Below, piece by piece: positions 1-9,673 of a stretch of 33,870 nucleotides of DNA. Under the pieces are notes generated by a model that was not told the origin of the DNA, searched no databases, and was given only the letters and a program-made list of their open reading frames with translations. Position numbers and translations under genes: made by a program. The DNA is from Flavobacteriales bacterium UBA6772 (GTDB lineage: Bacteria > Bacteroidota > Bacteroidia > Flavobacteriales > UBA7430): the NCBI GenBank assembly GCA_002453265.1, contig DKGK01000015.1, forward strand, positions 6,816 to 40,685. The letters run 5' to 3'. The stretch's first letter is position 1. Each line of letters opens with the position of its first letter.

Positions 1-105
1 AATTCAAAACAATACAAACGCCAAGTATTCTTAAAAACAAACCTTTAATATTTAAGCATTTAAGTTTTTAACCTTTAACAACCAATTTTAAACTCTCAGA
101 AATCT

Positions 106-113
106 TACTTTTG
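106..113 (+). promoter_or_regulatory. Candidate Bacteroidetes sigma-A -7 box (TACTTTTG) for pgk
   Basis: Exact match to the TAnnTTTG consensus, ending 4 nt before ATG 118. No clean TTTG -33 element was seen. Confidence 0.3.
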
Positions 114-117
114 TCAA

Positions 118-1308
118 ATGAAAACAATAGACCAACTAAATTTTGAGGGCAAAAAAGCCTTAATAAGAGTAGATTTTAACGTGCCTTTAAACGATAAATT
201 CGAAATTACAGACGATACTAGAATTGCAGCTGCTATTCCAACGATCAATAAGATTATTAAAGATGGCGGTTCGGTTATATTAATGTCGCATTTAGGAAGA
301 CCTAAAAATGGTCCTGAAGCTAAATTATCCCTTAAACACTTAGTAAATCACCTTTCGAAAGCTCTTAACGTAAACGTAAAATTTGTTACAGATTGCATTG
401 GCTCAGAAGTGGAAACTACTGTAAGTCATTTAAAAGCTGGAGAGGTTTTATTACTAGAAAACTTACGCTTTTATGCGGAGGAACAAAACGGAGATACTGA
501 CTTCGCAAATAAATTAGCGAAATTAGCCGATGTTTACGTAAACGATGCCTTTGGAACAGCACACAGAGCTCATGCTTCTACTGCTGTAATTGCTAATTTT
601 GTTGGCGAAAACAAATGCTTTGGTTATGTAATGGCAAACGAAATTGTAAACCTAGAAAAATTGGTAAACGAAGGCGAGAGACCTATTACTGCAATTATGG
701 GTGGTGCAAAAGTTTCTTCTAAAATTACCATCATTACCAAATTGATGGATAAGGTTGATAAAATAATTATTGGTGGTGGAATGTCTTATACTTTTGCAAA
801 AGCAATGGGTGGTAAAGTTGGAGATTCTTTGGTAGAAAATGATAAATTAGATTTAGCACTTTCTTTAATTGCAGAAGCGAAAGAAAAAGGAGTGGAACTT
901 TTAATTCCTGTGGATTCTTTAAACGCTGATGCATTTTCTAACGATGCAAATACGGTTGTTACAGACATCGACAAAGTTGAAGATGGATGGATGGGATTAG
1001 ATATAAGCGATAAAACTAAAACGATTTATAGAGAAGCTATTTTAAGTTCTAGAACAATTCTTTGGAATGGTCCTATGGGCGTTTTTGAAATGGATAAATT
1101 TGCTGAGGGAACTAAATTTGTTGCCAACGCAATTGCAGACGCAACTGCGAAAGGAGCTTTTTCTTTAGTAGGTGGTGGAGATTCTGTTGCTGCAGTAAAG
1201 AAATTTAATATGCAAGACAAAGTAAGCTATGTATCTACAGGAGGTGGAGCAATGCTTGAGTATTTAGAAGGAAAAGAATTACCAGGTGTAAAAGCGATAA
1301 ACAGTTAG
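118..1308 (+). CDS. pgk: Phosphoglycerate kinase
   Basis: 396-aa ORF with the N-terminal RVDFNVPL motif, [17 protein letters not shown] and C-terminal GGGDS / STGGGA motifs. Length is typical of PGK. Confidence 0.97.
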   Translation: MKTIDQLNFEGKKALIRVDFNVPLNDKFEITDDTRIAAAIPTINKIIKDGGSVILMSHLGRPKNGPEAKLSLKHLVNHLSKALNVNVKFVTDCIGSEVETTVSHLKAGEVLLLENLRFYAEEQNGDTDFANKLAKLADVYVNDAFGTAHRAHASTAVIANFVGENKCFGYVMANEIVNLEKLVNEGERPITAIMGGAKVSSKITIITKLMDKVDKIIIGGGMSYTFAKAMGGKVGDSLVENDKLDLALSLIAEAKEKGVELLIPVDSLNADAFSNDANTVVTDIDKVEDGWMGLDISDKTKTIYREAILSSRTILWNGPMGVFEMDKFAEGTKFVANAIADATAKGAFSLVGGGDSVAAVKKFNMQDKVSYVSTGGGAMLEYLEGKELPGVKAINS

Positions 1309-1330
1309 AACACTCTCATTATAAAATACT

Positions 1331-1363
1331 AAATCCCCTCGAAGTCTCGAGGGGGATTTTTTT
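1331..1363. terminator. Bidirectional rho-independent terminator between convergent pgk and cvpA
   Basis: CCCCTCGA / TCGAGGGG stem (1335-1342 / 1347-1354), flanked by an A-run on the left and a T-run on the right. Confidence 0.75.
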
Positions 1364-1366
1364 GGT

Positions 1367-1894
1367 TTAAAGCTCTTCTAAAACATCTTCAACCTCTTTC
1401 TTTTGCTTTTCAAAACCCTCAATGATACTTGGGTAAATTGCTTCAGATTCCATAAGAATAGGATGGTATAAGACTGAAGAATACAGAATGTCATTTTTAA
1501 CAATTTCAAAATGAGTATTTATTCTATCGAAGAACATCAATAAAACAGAAAGAATTAGCAAGCCTTTTATGCCACCAAAAAGAGCCCCCGTTAATCTATT
1601 TAAAAGGCCTAATGCAACCATTTTTACGAGCATTGTTAATGCTTTACCCGTAAGTGTGATTACTAAAACAATTAACAAGAAGGTTAAGCCGTACGAAGCA
1701 AACTGCAAGTAAGAAGCCTCCACCTCTAATACTTCGCTTAAATACCCAAAAGTAATAGACGAAAAGTGCATTGCACCATATATACCCGCAACTAAAGCTA
1801 CTAAAGAAGCGAGTTCTAAAATAAGACCTTTGGTAAAACCTCTATACAAACCGTAAAAAATAGGGCAAACTAAAATATAATCTAAATAATTCAT
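1367..1894 (-). CDS. cvpA: CvpA family membrane protein (colicin V production protein-like)
   Basis: 175-aa ORF with about four hydrophobic helices. The N-terminal MNxLDxIL...G...G..KG pattern is typical of CvpA. Confidence 0.8.
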   Translation of the reverse strand: MNYLDYILVCPIFYGLYRGFTKGLILELASLVALVAGIYGAMHFSSITFGYLSEVLEVEASYLQFASYGLTFLLIVLVITLTGKALTMLVKMVALGLLNRLTGALFGGIKGLLILSVLLMFFDRINTHFEIVKNDILYSSVLYHPILMESEAIYPSIIEGFEKQKKEVEDVLEEL

Positions 1895-1936
1895 AGGATA
1901 AGTTACAAGTAGAAATGTAGATTAAAAAGAACGTTG

Positions 1937-1944
1937 TATTTTTG
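1937..1944 (+). promoter_or_regulatory. Candidate -7 box (TATTTTTG)
   Basis: Exact TAnnTTTG match. It overlaps the TTG start used by the ORF track, which argues for ATG 1960 as the real start. Confidence 0.35.
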
Positions 1945-1959
1945 TCGAAAAATAAACAG

Positions 1960-2313
1960 ATGAGAAATCAAGAATCGAAAGAAAAGTGGGAAAAACTAGT
2001 CGTTTTTATCTCTAAAGAATTTGGAGAAGGAGACACACTAGATCTTCAAGCCATTTTATTTCTTATTGGAATACAAGAATTAGGAACTGGCTACAGAGAG
2101 TTTTCTAAGGAAGAAAAAACAGACTTGCTACATATTGCCATTTGCAAATTATTGAGCACTTACGGATTTTACGAACTCGAAGGGCGCGATAAAGACGGCT
2201 GGCCTCATTATACAACAAATGAAAAACTTCCTCCACTAAAACCTGGCGAACAGACTATTTTAATGAAAGAAGCTGCAATTTTATACTTTGAAGAAAGTGG
2301 AATTATCCTTTAA
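1960..2313 (+). CDS. Hypothetical cytoplasmic protein
   Basis: Clean ORF with no recognisable motif. I moved the start from TTG 1942 to the in-frame ATG 1960 because the promoter-like box overlaps 1942. Confidence 0.6.
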   Translation: MRNQESKEKWEKLVVFISKEFGEGDTLDLQAILFLIGIQELGTGYREFSKEEKTDLLHIAICKLLSTYGFYELEGRDKDGWPHYTTNEKLPPLKPGEQTILMKEAAILYFEESGIIL

Positions 2314-2322
2314 AATAGCGAA

Positions 2323-2670
2323 TTACTCATAAACCACTAAAGAGACTTTCACTTCTTTATCTTCCTCTAAAACGAGTAAGTTTTCTCCTATATAATTTTC
2401 TTTTTCTGCAATAATTTTCATTATAGCAAGATTGTCAAACTCAAAAGAAACTACTCCATCAGAATTCGTATAAGCCTCTCTTCCAATTACGTGAACATCT
2501 TGAACATCTACGTCAGTGGTTACTTTAACCCCTTCCATCAAATTTCCATTATTATCAAGCACGGTTATTTCTGCGGTGTAAAAGTGTGTTACTTCCTCGC
2601 AGGAATTTAAAGTTAAAGCTGTAAAAAGAGCTATAAACAAGCTCATAATGCCGAATGATTTACGTTTCAT
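2323..2670 (-). CDS. Small lipoprotein, all-beta (carboxypeptidase-regulatory-like fold suspected)
   Basis: 115-aa ORF with a signal peptide ending in the lipobox-like LTLNSC. The remainder alternates beta-strand-like segments (ITVLDNNGNLMEGVKV...TNSDGVVSF). Confidence 0.6.
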   Translation of the reverse strand: MKRKSFGIMSLFIALFTALTLNSCEEVTHFYTAEITVLDNNGNLMEGVKVTTDVDVQDVHVIGREAYTNSDGVVSFEFDNLAIMKIIAEKENYIGENLLVLEEDKEVKVSLVVYE

Positions 2671-2765
2671 ATGTCCTTAATATTTAGTAATATTGTGCGT
2701 TGATAAAAGCCAAATATACAAATTTTCACTCATCATTTTTAAATTGATGAGATAAAGCTCAAAAC

Positions 2766-3785
2766 ATGCTAAACAAGATTAAGGAACATATACTTAAAGT
2801 TGAAAAATTTGAGGCTGAATCTCTAGAGCTTGTAGAAAAATTCAGAATTGATTACCTGGGTAAAAAAGGGCTTTTAAATACCTTTTTTGCAGCTTTTAAA
2901 GAGGTTCCTAATATTGAGAAAAAAGAGTTTGGTAAATTAGTTAATGAGCTTAAAAACAAAGCTCAAGAGAAAGTTAATCAACTCAAAGAAAATTTAGAGC
3001 AATCGCAAGAAAATTTGGGTTCTGGTTTAGACCTCACCATGACTGCTGAGTCAATGCGCTTAGGTTCTCGCCATCCATTGTCGATTGTAAAAAATGAAAT
3101 TGTTGAAATTTTTGCTCGTTTAGGCTTTACGATTTCCGAAGGACCAGAAATTGAAGACGACTGGCATAACTTTAGTGCATTAAACTTACCAGAAGAGCAC
3201 CCTGCAAGAGACATGCAAGACACCTTTTTTATACAAACCAATCCAGATGTTTTACTAAGAACACATACCTCGTCTGTACAGGTAAGATATATGGAAAAGA
3301 ATCCTGCACCAATACGCACACTTTCTCCAGGTAGAGTATTCCGTAACGAGGCTATTTCGGCTAGAGCACATTGTATATTTCATCAAATTGAAGGCCTATA
3401 TATAGACGAGAATGTTTCTTTTGCCGATTTAAAGCAAACCTTACTTCATTTTGCTCAAGAATTTTTTGGAAAGGATACAGAAATCAGACTTCGACCTTCA
3501 TATTTCCCATTTACTGAACCTAGCGCTGAGGTAGATATTTCTTGTAATATTTGTAAAAGTAAAGGTTGTAATATTTGTAAATATACAGGTTGGGTAGAGA
3601 TTTTAGGTTGTGGTATGGTAGATCCAAACGTATTGGAAAACTGTGGGATTGATTCTAAAAAATATAGTGGTTTTGCTTTTGGAATGGGAATCGAAAGAAT
3701 CACCATGCTTAAATATCAAATTAAAGATTTACGACTCTTTTTTGAAAACGATATTCGCTTTTTGGAACAGTTTACAAATGCTTAA
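2766..3785 (+). CDS. pheS: Phenylalanine--tRNA ligase alpha subunit
   Basis: 339-aa ORF with HPARDMQDTF, LLRTHTSSVQ, GRVFRNE, YFPFTEPSAEVD and GFAFGMGIERI class II aaRS motifs. Confidence 0.97.
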   Translation: MLNKIKEHILKVEKFEAESLELVEKFRIDYLGKKGLLNTFFAAFKEVPNIEKKEFGKLVNELKNKAQEKVNQLKENLEQSQENLGSGLDLTMTAESMRLGSRHPLSIVKNEIVEIFARLGFTISEGPEIEDDWHNFSALNLPEEHPARDMQDTFFIQTNPDVLLRTHTSSVQVRYMEKNPAPIRTLSPGRVFRNEAISARAHCIFHQIEGLYIDENVSFADLKQTLLHFAQEFFGKDTEIRLRPSYFPFTEPSAEVDISCNICKSKGCNICKYTGWVEILGCGMVDPNVLENCGIDSKKYSGFAFGMGIERITMLKYQIKDLRLFFENDIRFLEQFTNA

Positions 3786-3800
3786 CAGAAAGTTCAAAAC

Positions 3801-3831
3801 AAAAAAAAACACTCCAAGGAGTGATTTTTTT
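3801..3831. terminator. Bidirectional rho-independent terminator between convergent pheS and rnr
   Basis: CACTCC-AA-GGAGTG hairpin (3810-3823) with an A9 run upstream and a T7 run downstream. Confidence 0.75.
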
Positions 3832-3852
3832 GTTTTAAATAGTTGTGTATAA

Positions 3853-6000
3853 TTATTTAACCAACTGAAAGTCGATTTGCTTTTTAACTAAATCTACATT
3901 GCGAACACGAACTTTTATAGAGTCTCCTAATTGGAAACGTTTTTTAGTTCTTTTACCTACAAGACTAAAGGTCTCTTTGTGTAATTCATAGTGATCATCT
4001 TTAAGGTCGCGCAAAGAAACCAATCCTTCGCAAAGACTGTCTTTAAGCTCTATAAACATCCCGAACTCGGTAACACCAGAAACAGCCCCCATAAACTCCT
4101 GCCCTACTTTACCCATTAAATATTTTACTTGCATATACTTAATAGAAGATCGCTCTGCATCGGTAGATAATTTTTCCATTGCAGAAGAGTGTTTGCACTG
4201 CTCTTCTATCGCTTCTTTTTCGGTAACCTTTTCGCCATCTAAATAACGTTGTAACAAGCGATGTACCATTACATCTGGCCAACGGCGGATAGGAGAGGTA
4301 AAGTGAGAGTAGTAATCGAAACCTAATCCGTAGTGTCCTATATTTTCTATGGTATATTTAGCTTTACTCATAGTACGTATAGCTAAGAGTTCAACCATAT
4401 TTTCTTCTCGCTTACCAGAAACGTCTGCTAAAACTCTATTCATAGAGTTCGCAATATCCTTTGGCGTTTGTAAATTCATTTGGTGACCAAACTGATTTAC
4501 AAAGGTAGAAAAGTTATTAATTTTCTCTGGATCAGGATCGTCGTGAATACGATAAACAAAAGGTTTCTTACTTGGCGTTCCATCAGCAGCTTTTCCAATA
4601 AATGCAGCCACTTTTCGGTTAGCTAAAAGCATATACTCTTCTATAAGTTTATTGGCATCTTTAGCTTGTTTAAAGTAAACTCCCGTAGGGTTTTTCTTTT
4701 CGTCGAGCTGAAATTTAACCTCCACTCTATCGAATGTAATTGCACCTTCATCTATGCGTTTTGCACGCATAATTTTTGCGAGCTTATCCATTAGTAAAAT
4801 CTCTTCTGCAAACTTACCTTCTTTCTTCTCAATAACTTCTTGAGCGTCTTCATAGGTAAATCGGTGATCGGAATAGATTACTGTTCTACCAAACCATTCG
4901 TCTAAAACTTCTGCTTTATCGTTGATGGTAAATATGGCAGAAAAACAAAGCTTCTCTTCATTAGGTCTAAGCGAACAAACTTTATTAGAGAGTTTTTCGG
5001 GCAACATAGGTACAACTCTATCTACTAAATAAACAGAAGTAGCTCTATCGTATGCCTCGTCGTTTAATAAAGTGCCTTCTTGTACATAATGAGAAACATC
5101 GGCTATATGAATACCTATTTCCCATTTATCATCTGCAAGCTTCTGGATAGAAAGTGCATCATCAAAATCTTTCGCATCGTGAGGATCTATAGTAAAGGTT
5201 AAAACTTCACGCATATCTCTACGCTTGCCAATTTCCTCTTCAGAAATAGTTTCTGGAATAGATTCTACATAGGACTCCACAGATTCGGGAAATTCATAAG
5301 GCAAACCAAACTCAGCCAAAATAGCGTGAATTTCTGCATTATGATCTCCTGCAGCTCCCATAACAGTAGTAACTTCCGCAAAAGGGCTATTTGCTTTTTT
5401 CGGCCAATCTAATAAAGTAACAAGTACCTTATCGCCATTTTTAGCACCGTTTAACTTATCTTTAGGTACGTAAAAGTCTGTTCCAATTCGCGAATTATCT
5501 GGTGTCATAAAACTATGACGAGCATCAACTCTCATATTTCCCACAAAGGTTGTTCTTCCTCGTTTCACAATAGAAACGACAACACCTTCGGGATTTTTTC
5601 CGGTATGATTTCCAGTAAGTACTATACGAACTATATCGCCACCTAATGTTTGTCCTGCATTTCTAGCAGATACAAACACATCTTGATCCATGCCATCACA
5701 AATTACATAACCGGCACCTGAAGTAATTTTTTCAATTTTACCTTCGTAATATTCTTGAGTTGATTTTGCTCCGTATTTACCGTGTCCAATTTCTTTTATT
5801 GCACCATCTGTAACGAGATTTTTTATGATAAAGGAGGTTTGGTGTTTTGCAATTTTATCTTTTACCTGTAACTCTTTACAGATGTCCTTAAAGGTTACTG
5901 GCTTAATAGTGGCATTACACAAATCGATTATCGTACTTTTAAGTTCCTTTAAATTAGGAGACTTAGAAGCTTTTTTGTTGTTTTTTATGTTCTTTTTCAT
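3853..6000 (-). CDS. rnr: Ribonuclease R (RNB-family 3'-5' exoribonuclease)
   Basis: 715-aa ORF. It has RNB catalytic-region motifs (TIDPHDAKDFDDALS, HIADVSHYV, YLVDRVVPMLP, HYGLGFDYYSHFTSPIRRWPD) and a C-terminal S1 domain (GVTEFGMFIEL). Confidence 0.95.
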   Translation of the reverse strand: MKKNIKNNKKASKSPNLKELKSTIIDLCNATIKPVTFKDICKELQVKDKIAKHQTSFIIKNLVTDGAIKEIGHGKYGAKSTQEYYEGKIEKITSGAGYVICDGMDQDVFVSARNAGQTLGGDIVRIVLTGNHTGKNPEGVVVSIVKRGRTTFVGNMRVDARHSFMTPDNSRIGTDFYVPKDKLNGAKNGDKVLVTLLDWPKKANSPFAEVTTVMGAAGDHNAEIHAILAEFGLPYEFPESVESYVESIPETISEEEIGKRRDMREVLTFTIDPHDAKDFDDALSIQKLADDKWEIGIHIADVSHYVQEGTLLNDEAYDRATSVYLVDRVVPMLPEKLSNKVCSLRPNEEKLCFSAIFTINDKAEVLDEWFGRTVIYSDHRFTYEDAQEVIEKKEGKFAEEILLMDKLAKIMRAKRIDEGAITFDRVEVKFQLDEKKNPTGVYFKQAKDANKLIEEYMLLANRKVAAFIGKAADGTPSKKPFVYRIHDDPDPEKINNFSTFVNQFGHQMNLQTPKDIANSMNRVLADVSGKREENMVELLAIRTMSKAKYTIENIGHYGLGFDYYSHFTSPIRRWPDVMVHRLLQRYLDGEKVTEKEAIEEQCKHSSAMEKLSTDAERSSIKYMQVKYLMGKVGQEFMGAVSGVTEFGMFIELKDSLCEGLVSLRDLKDDHYELHKETFSLVGKRTKKRFQLGDSIKVRVRNVDLVKKQIDFQLVK

Positions 6001-6095
6001 TGTAGGTAAAAATAGAAAAAATACAAGCGAAATTGTACTTTGTATGCTTAGAATAAAAATAAATTGAACTTAGCAGTCAATTTATTTAGAATATG

Positions 6096-6103
6096 TATAT
6101 TTG
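6096..6103 (+). promoter_or_regulatory. Candidate -7 box (TATATTTG) for the M43 protease gene
   Basis: Exact TAnnTTTG match, 72 nt upstream of ATG 6175. Confidence 0.35.
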
Positions 6104-6174
6104 AGATTCTATCTGTGGAATGATTTATAGATTAGAAAAGCACTATTAATCAACAAGTAACTATCTCATAACAA

Positions 6175-8361
6175 ATGAAAAAGCTTATAGCAATTACATT
6201 TAGCTTATTTACGGTTATCTCAACAGCAACGGCACAACAATGGTGTGGTTCGATGGAACATCGCGACGAATTGAACTCTGAGCGTCCTGAAGTAGCCAAA
6301 GAAGTAGAAAAAAGATTCAACGCTTTTAACAAGCTACAGCAAGAAAATCAATCTGATGGAGTAAAAAACTCTAATCATTATGTGATTCCAGTTGTCTTTC
6401 ACATCATTCATAAAGGTGGGAATGAAAATATTTCGTTTGATCAAATTGAAGATCAAATGAGAAGTTTAAATGAGGATTTTGCATATATAAATGCAGATAC
6501 AATTAACACTCCTGATGCTTTTAAAGCTTATGCAGGAGATGCAAATATCGAATTTCGTTTAGCACAATTAGATCCTGATGGAAATTGTACGCAAGGTGTA
6601 ACTCGTACTTATTCTTTGCTTACCTCTAATGCGAACAATAATGTAAAAGAATTGATTCAGTGGGATCCTACAAAATACTTTAACGTATGGGTAGTAAGCA
6701 ACATAGATAAAGAGTCTAACTACGGTACAATTTTAGGATACGCTCAATTCCCAGACCAATTATGGGAATACGCTACTACTGACGGTGTGATATTAAGAGA
6801 TGATTACTGTGGTTCTATTGGAACTGCTTCTGCTCAAGTAGGTAGAACATTAACGCACGAGGCAGGACACTGGTTAAACTTACGTCATATTTGGGGTGAC
6901 GACACTTGTGGGAATGATCAGGTAAATGATACACCTATAGCTGCTGAGCCAAATTTTGGAATTTGCGGTTCGGACTATCCGTATCATGTAGGTCCTGCGA
7001 ACGGAGGATGTACAGCCGATACTACAACACAAACTATAGCTCAAGAAAATGGAGAAATGTTTATGAACTATATGGACTATTCTGATGATGATTGTATGAA
7101 TATGTTCTCTTTATTACAAGGAGAAAGAATGCGTTCGGCAATTGATGAATATAGACCAGAGTTAGTTTCTGAAGCTAATTTAATAGCTACCGGAACTAAC
7201 GACGCTTATGAAGCAGTTGTTTGTACCCCTACACCAGAATTTACTGCAGATTATATTTATGGTTGCCCTGGAGATGCCTATTCATTCTTCAGTTCAACTT
7301 ACAATGTTGATTATTCTTTAGATAGTATTGTTGCTTATGAATGGACTTTCGAAGGAGGAGAACCAACTTCATCAATGGATGAAAATCCAGAAGATATAAT
7401 CTTTGAAAATGCAGGGTTCTTTGCCGTTACATTAACAGCAACAAACTCAGCAGGTGAAAAATCATTAGTTAAAGAGAGTTATATTACAGTAACAGATGAT
7501 GAGGCAAATATGTCTTTCCCTTATATCCAAAACTTCGAATCTTCTGAATTCCCAACTTATCCTACAGAAAGTTGGAACTGGCTAATAGGTGCACAAACAG
7601 ACGAAACTTGGTCTAGAACTACAGAAGCTGCAAGTTCAACAATTACTGGAAATGATGGCGGTGTAAACACAGCTGCTTTAAGAATTAGAAGTGCTGAGTT
7701 TTCTGTGGAAGGAGAACTTCATACTCTTATTACACCTACCATTGATTTAAGTGGTGAATCAGCACCTATTAACGGATATTTCGATTTAGCTTATGCTAGA
7801 AAAAACCTAACAACGGATGACGTGCTTAGAGTATATATTAGTGAAGACTGTGGTAGAACTTGGATTGCAAAGAAGAACTATACTACAGAATCGTTAATTA
7901 CAAATGACAGCACGAATATATTCTTACCATTTGTACCAGCAGCAGATGAGTGGGATAGATTCCAAGTAAGTTTAAGTACTTTTGCAGGTGAAAAGAATGT
8001 TCAAATTAAATTTGAATTTATCGGTGAAAATGGAAACTGGTTATACTTAGATAACTTTATTGTTAGTAATTCTAACGAAGTTTCATTAACAGAAAATATT
8101 TTCGAAGAATTATCTATTTACCCTAATCCTTCTAAAGGAGATGTAACTATTGAATTTGAACTTTATAAAAAGGCTTCAATTAACCTCACTTTAAGTAATG
8201 TGTATGGTGCAACTTTAGCTTCAAGAGAAATGAACTTAGATGTTGCTAAAAACAGTGTTCAACTTAAAGAAATGTATCCAAGTCTTAAAGCTGGTGTGTA
8301 CTTTATTCAACTAGAACAAAATGGTTCTAGCATCACAAAAAAGATTGTTATTACAGAATAA
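6175..8361 (+). CDS. Secreted M43 (pappalysin/cytophagalysin-type) zinc metalloprotease with PKD-like and MAM-like modules and a T9SS type-A C-terminal sorting domain
   Basis: 728-aa ORF with signal peptide MKKLIAITFSLFTVISTATAQ. The zinc site HEAGHWLNLRHIWGD lies at 6856..6887 and a Met-turn region follows (FMNYMDY). A PKD-like segment is present (FFAVTLTATNSAGE). The C-terminal domain LSIYPNPSKGD...GVYFIQL...KKIVITE spans 8110..8358. Confidence 0.9.
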   Translation: MKKLIAITFSLFTVISTATAQQWCGSMEHRDELNSERPEVAKEVEKRFNAFNKLQQENQSDGVKNSNHYVIPVVFHIIHKGGNENISFDQIEDQMRSLNEDFAYINADTINTPDAFKAYAGDANIEFRLAQLDPDGNCTQGVTRTYSLLTSNANNNVKELIQWDPTKYFNVWVVSNIDKESNYGTILGYAQFPDQLWEYATTDGVILRDDYCGSIGTASAQVGRTLTHEAGHWLNLRHIWGDDTCGNDQVNDTPIAAEPNFGICGSDYPYHVGPANGGCTADTTTQTIAQENGEMFMNYMDYSDDDCMNMFSLLQGERMRSAIDEYRPELVSEANLIATGTNDAYEAVVCTPTPEFTADYIYGCPGDAYSFFSSTYNVDYSLDSIVAYEWTFEGGEPTSSMDENPEDIIFENAGFFAVTLTATNSAGEKSLVKESYITVTDDEANMSFPYIQNFESSEFPTYPTESWNWLIGAQTDETWSRTTEAASSTITGNDGGVNTAALRIRSAEFSVEGELHTLITPTIDLSGESAPINGYFDLAYARKNLTTDDVLRVYISEDCGRTWIAKKNYTTESLITNDSTNIFLPFVPAADEWDRFQVSLSTFAGEKNVQIKFEFIGENGNWLYLDNFIVSNSNEVSLTENIFEELSIYPNPSKGDVTIEFELYKKASINLTLSNVYGATLASREMNLDVAKNSVQLKEMYPSLKAGVYFIQLEQNGSSITKKIVITE

Positions 8362-8376
8362 TATTTACTGTATTTT

Positions 8377-8408
8377 AAAAAAAGCCACCTTTAGGGTGGC
8401 TTTTTTTT
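8377..8408 (+). terminator. Rho-independent terminator after the M43 protease gene
   Basis: GCCACC-TTTAG-GGTGGC hairpin (8384-8400) followed by a T8 run. Confidence 0.8.
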
Positions 8409-8465
8409 GTCTTAAAATTAATAGTTATAAATTAAGCATCGCAAAGACATAATAAAACAACTAAT

Positions 8466-9668
8466 ATGAAAATACTCCACACAGCCGATTGGCACCTAGG
8501 ACACAGACTACTTGAGCAATCTCAACTAGAAGAACAAACGCTATTTTTAAATTGGATTGAGAACCTTATTATCGAACAAAAAATTAATGTACTCTTAATT
8601 TCTGGTGATGTATATGATACTGGGTCACCATCTAGTCTGAGTCAGAAAATATACTACGATTTTTTAATAAAGTTAAAAAATACAAGCTGCCAATCTGTAG
8701 TTATTACTGGCGGCAATCACGATTCTCCTGGGATATTAAACGCTCCAAGAGAGGTGCTTCAAGCACTTTCTATTAATGTTGTAGGAAAGGCAACAGAAAA
8801 TATTAAAGATGAAGTATTTGAAATTAACATAAATGAGGAGGAAGTAATAATTGCAGCTGTACCGTATTTACGAGACGGAGATATTAGACGGGCAGTAGCA
8901 GGTGAAACTTTTGAAGAATTAAGCGATAAATACAAAACAGCACTAATTAAGCATTACGAAGAAATTTCAGCGCATTGTAAGGCCATAAATACGAATAAAG
9001 TCCCAGTTATAGCAATGGGACATTTATTTGCTATTGGAGGGTCTATTTCTGATAGTGAGCAAAATATTTATGTTGGTAGTTTGGGGCACATAGGAGCAAA
9101 TGATTTTCCAAGCTACTTTGATTATATTGCACTAGGACATTTACATAGGCCACAAATAATTGGCAAAAATAATAAGATTAGATATTCTGGCTCGCCACAT
9201 ATTTTAAGTTTTAGTGAACTAAATTATAATAAAAAAGTAATTGTACTAACATTACAAGACAAAGAAATAGTGACAATTGAGGATAAAGTAATTCCTAAGT
9301 TTAGAGAGTTTTATAGTATTAAAGGAACATTAAAAGAATGTATAGAAACATTGCCAGCTATTGTATCTAACACCTATAAATTAACACCATGGGTAGAAAT
9401 AATATTGGACGAAGACCATAATATAAATACCGATGACCTAAAAAAAGGGGCTGATAAATTCGGATTTGAAATACTTAAAACTGCCTTAAAAAATAGAAGA
9501 ATAGTTAGGGGGATAGAAGAATTAATAGACGAGACTAAATCTATTAAAGAACTTGTTCCTACAGATGTATTTAAACTAAAATGCGATGAAATTGGATTCA
9601 ATCTTGAAGAAAATCCAAAAGTAATGGATGCATTTTCGGAGATATTACAAAAGGTTAAAAATCAATAA
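8466..9668 (+). CDS. sbcD: Exonuclease SbcD (Mre11-family nuclease subunit)
   Basis: 400-aa ORF with calcineurin-like phosphoesterase motifs HTADWHLG, SGDVYD, GGNHDS and GHLH. It sits immediately upstream of sbcC. Confidence 0.9.
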   Translation: MKILHTADWHLGHRLLEQSQLEEQTLFLNWIENLIIEQKINVLLISGDVYDTGSPSSLSQKIYYDFLIKLKNTSCQSVVITGGNHDSPGILNAPREVLQALSINVVGKATENIKDEVFEININEEEVIIAAVPYLRDGDIRRAVAGETFEELSDKYKTALIKHYEEISAHCKAINTNKVPVIAMGHLFAIGGSISDSEQNIYVGSLGHIGANDFPSYFDYIALGHLHRPQIIGKNNKIRYSGSPHILSFSELNYNKKVIVLTLQDKEIVTIEDKVIPKFREFYSIKGTLKECIETLPAIVSNTYKLTPWVEIILDEDHNINTDDLKKGADKFGFEILKTALKNRRIVRGIEELIDETKSIKELVPTDVFKLKCDEIGFNLEENPKVMDAFSEILQKVKNQ

Positions 9669-9673
9669 GAATT

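Noticed and set aside
1942-1959. TTG start at 1942, and similarly the non-ATG start at 23331 for the lipoprotein ORF.
   Set aside because: At 1942 the TTG is embedded in a TAnnTTTG promoter-like box. At 23331 the extension precedes an obvious MKR + lipobox signal peptide starting at ATG 23385.
2729-2751. Hairpin CTCATCA-N9-TGATGAG upstream of pheS as a T-box or attenuator leader.
   Set aside because: It is a 7-bp AT-rich stem only. There is no specifier-loop or T-box sequence, no leader peptide rich in Phe codons and no T-tract. It is probably incidental or a weak operator.
6175-6260. A cysteine-switch propeptide (QQWCGSMEH) in the M43 protease as a novel feature.
   Set aside because: An N-terminal Cys shortly after the signal peptide is common in M43-family zymogens. 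Sequence alone shows nothing unusual here.
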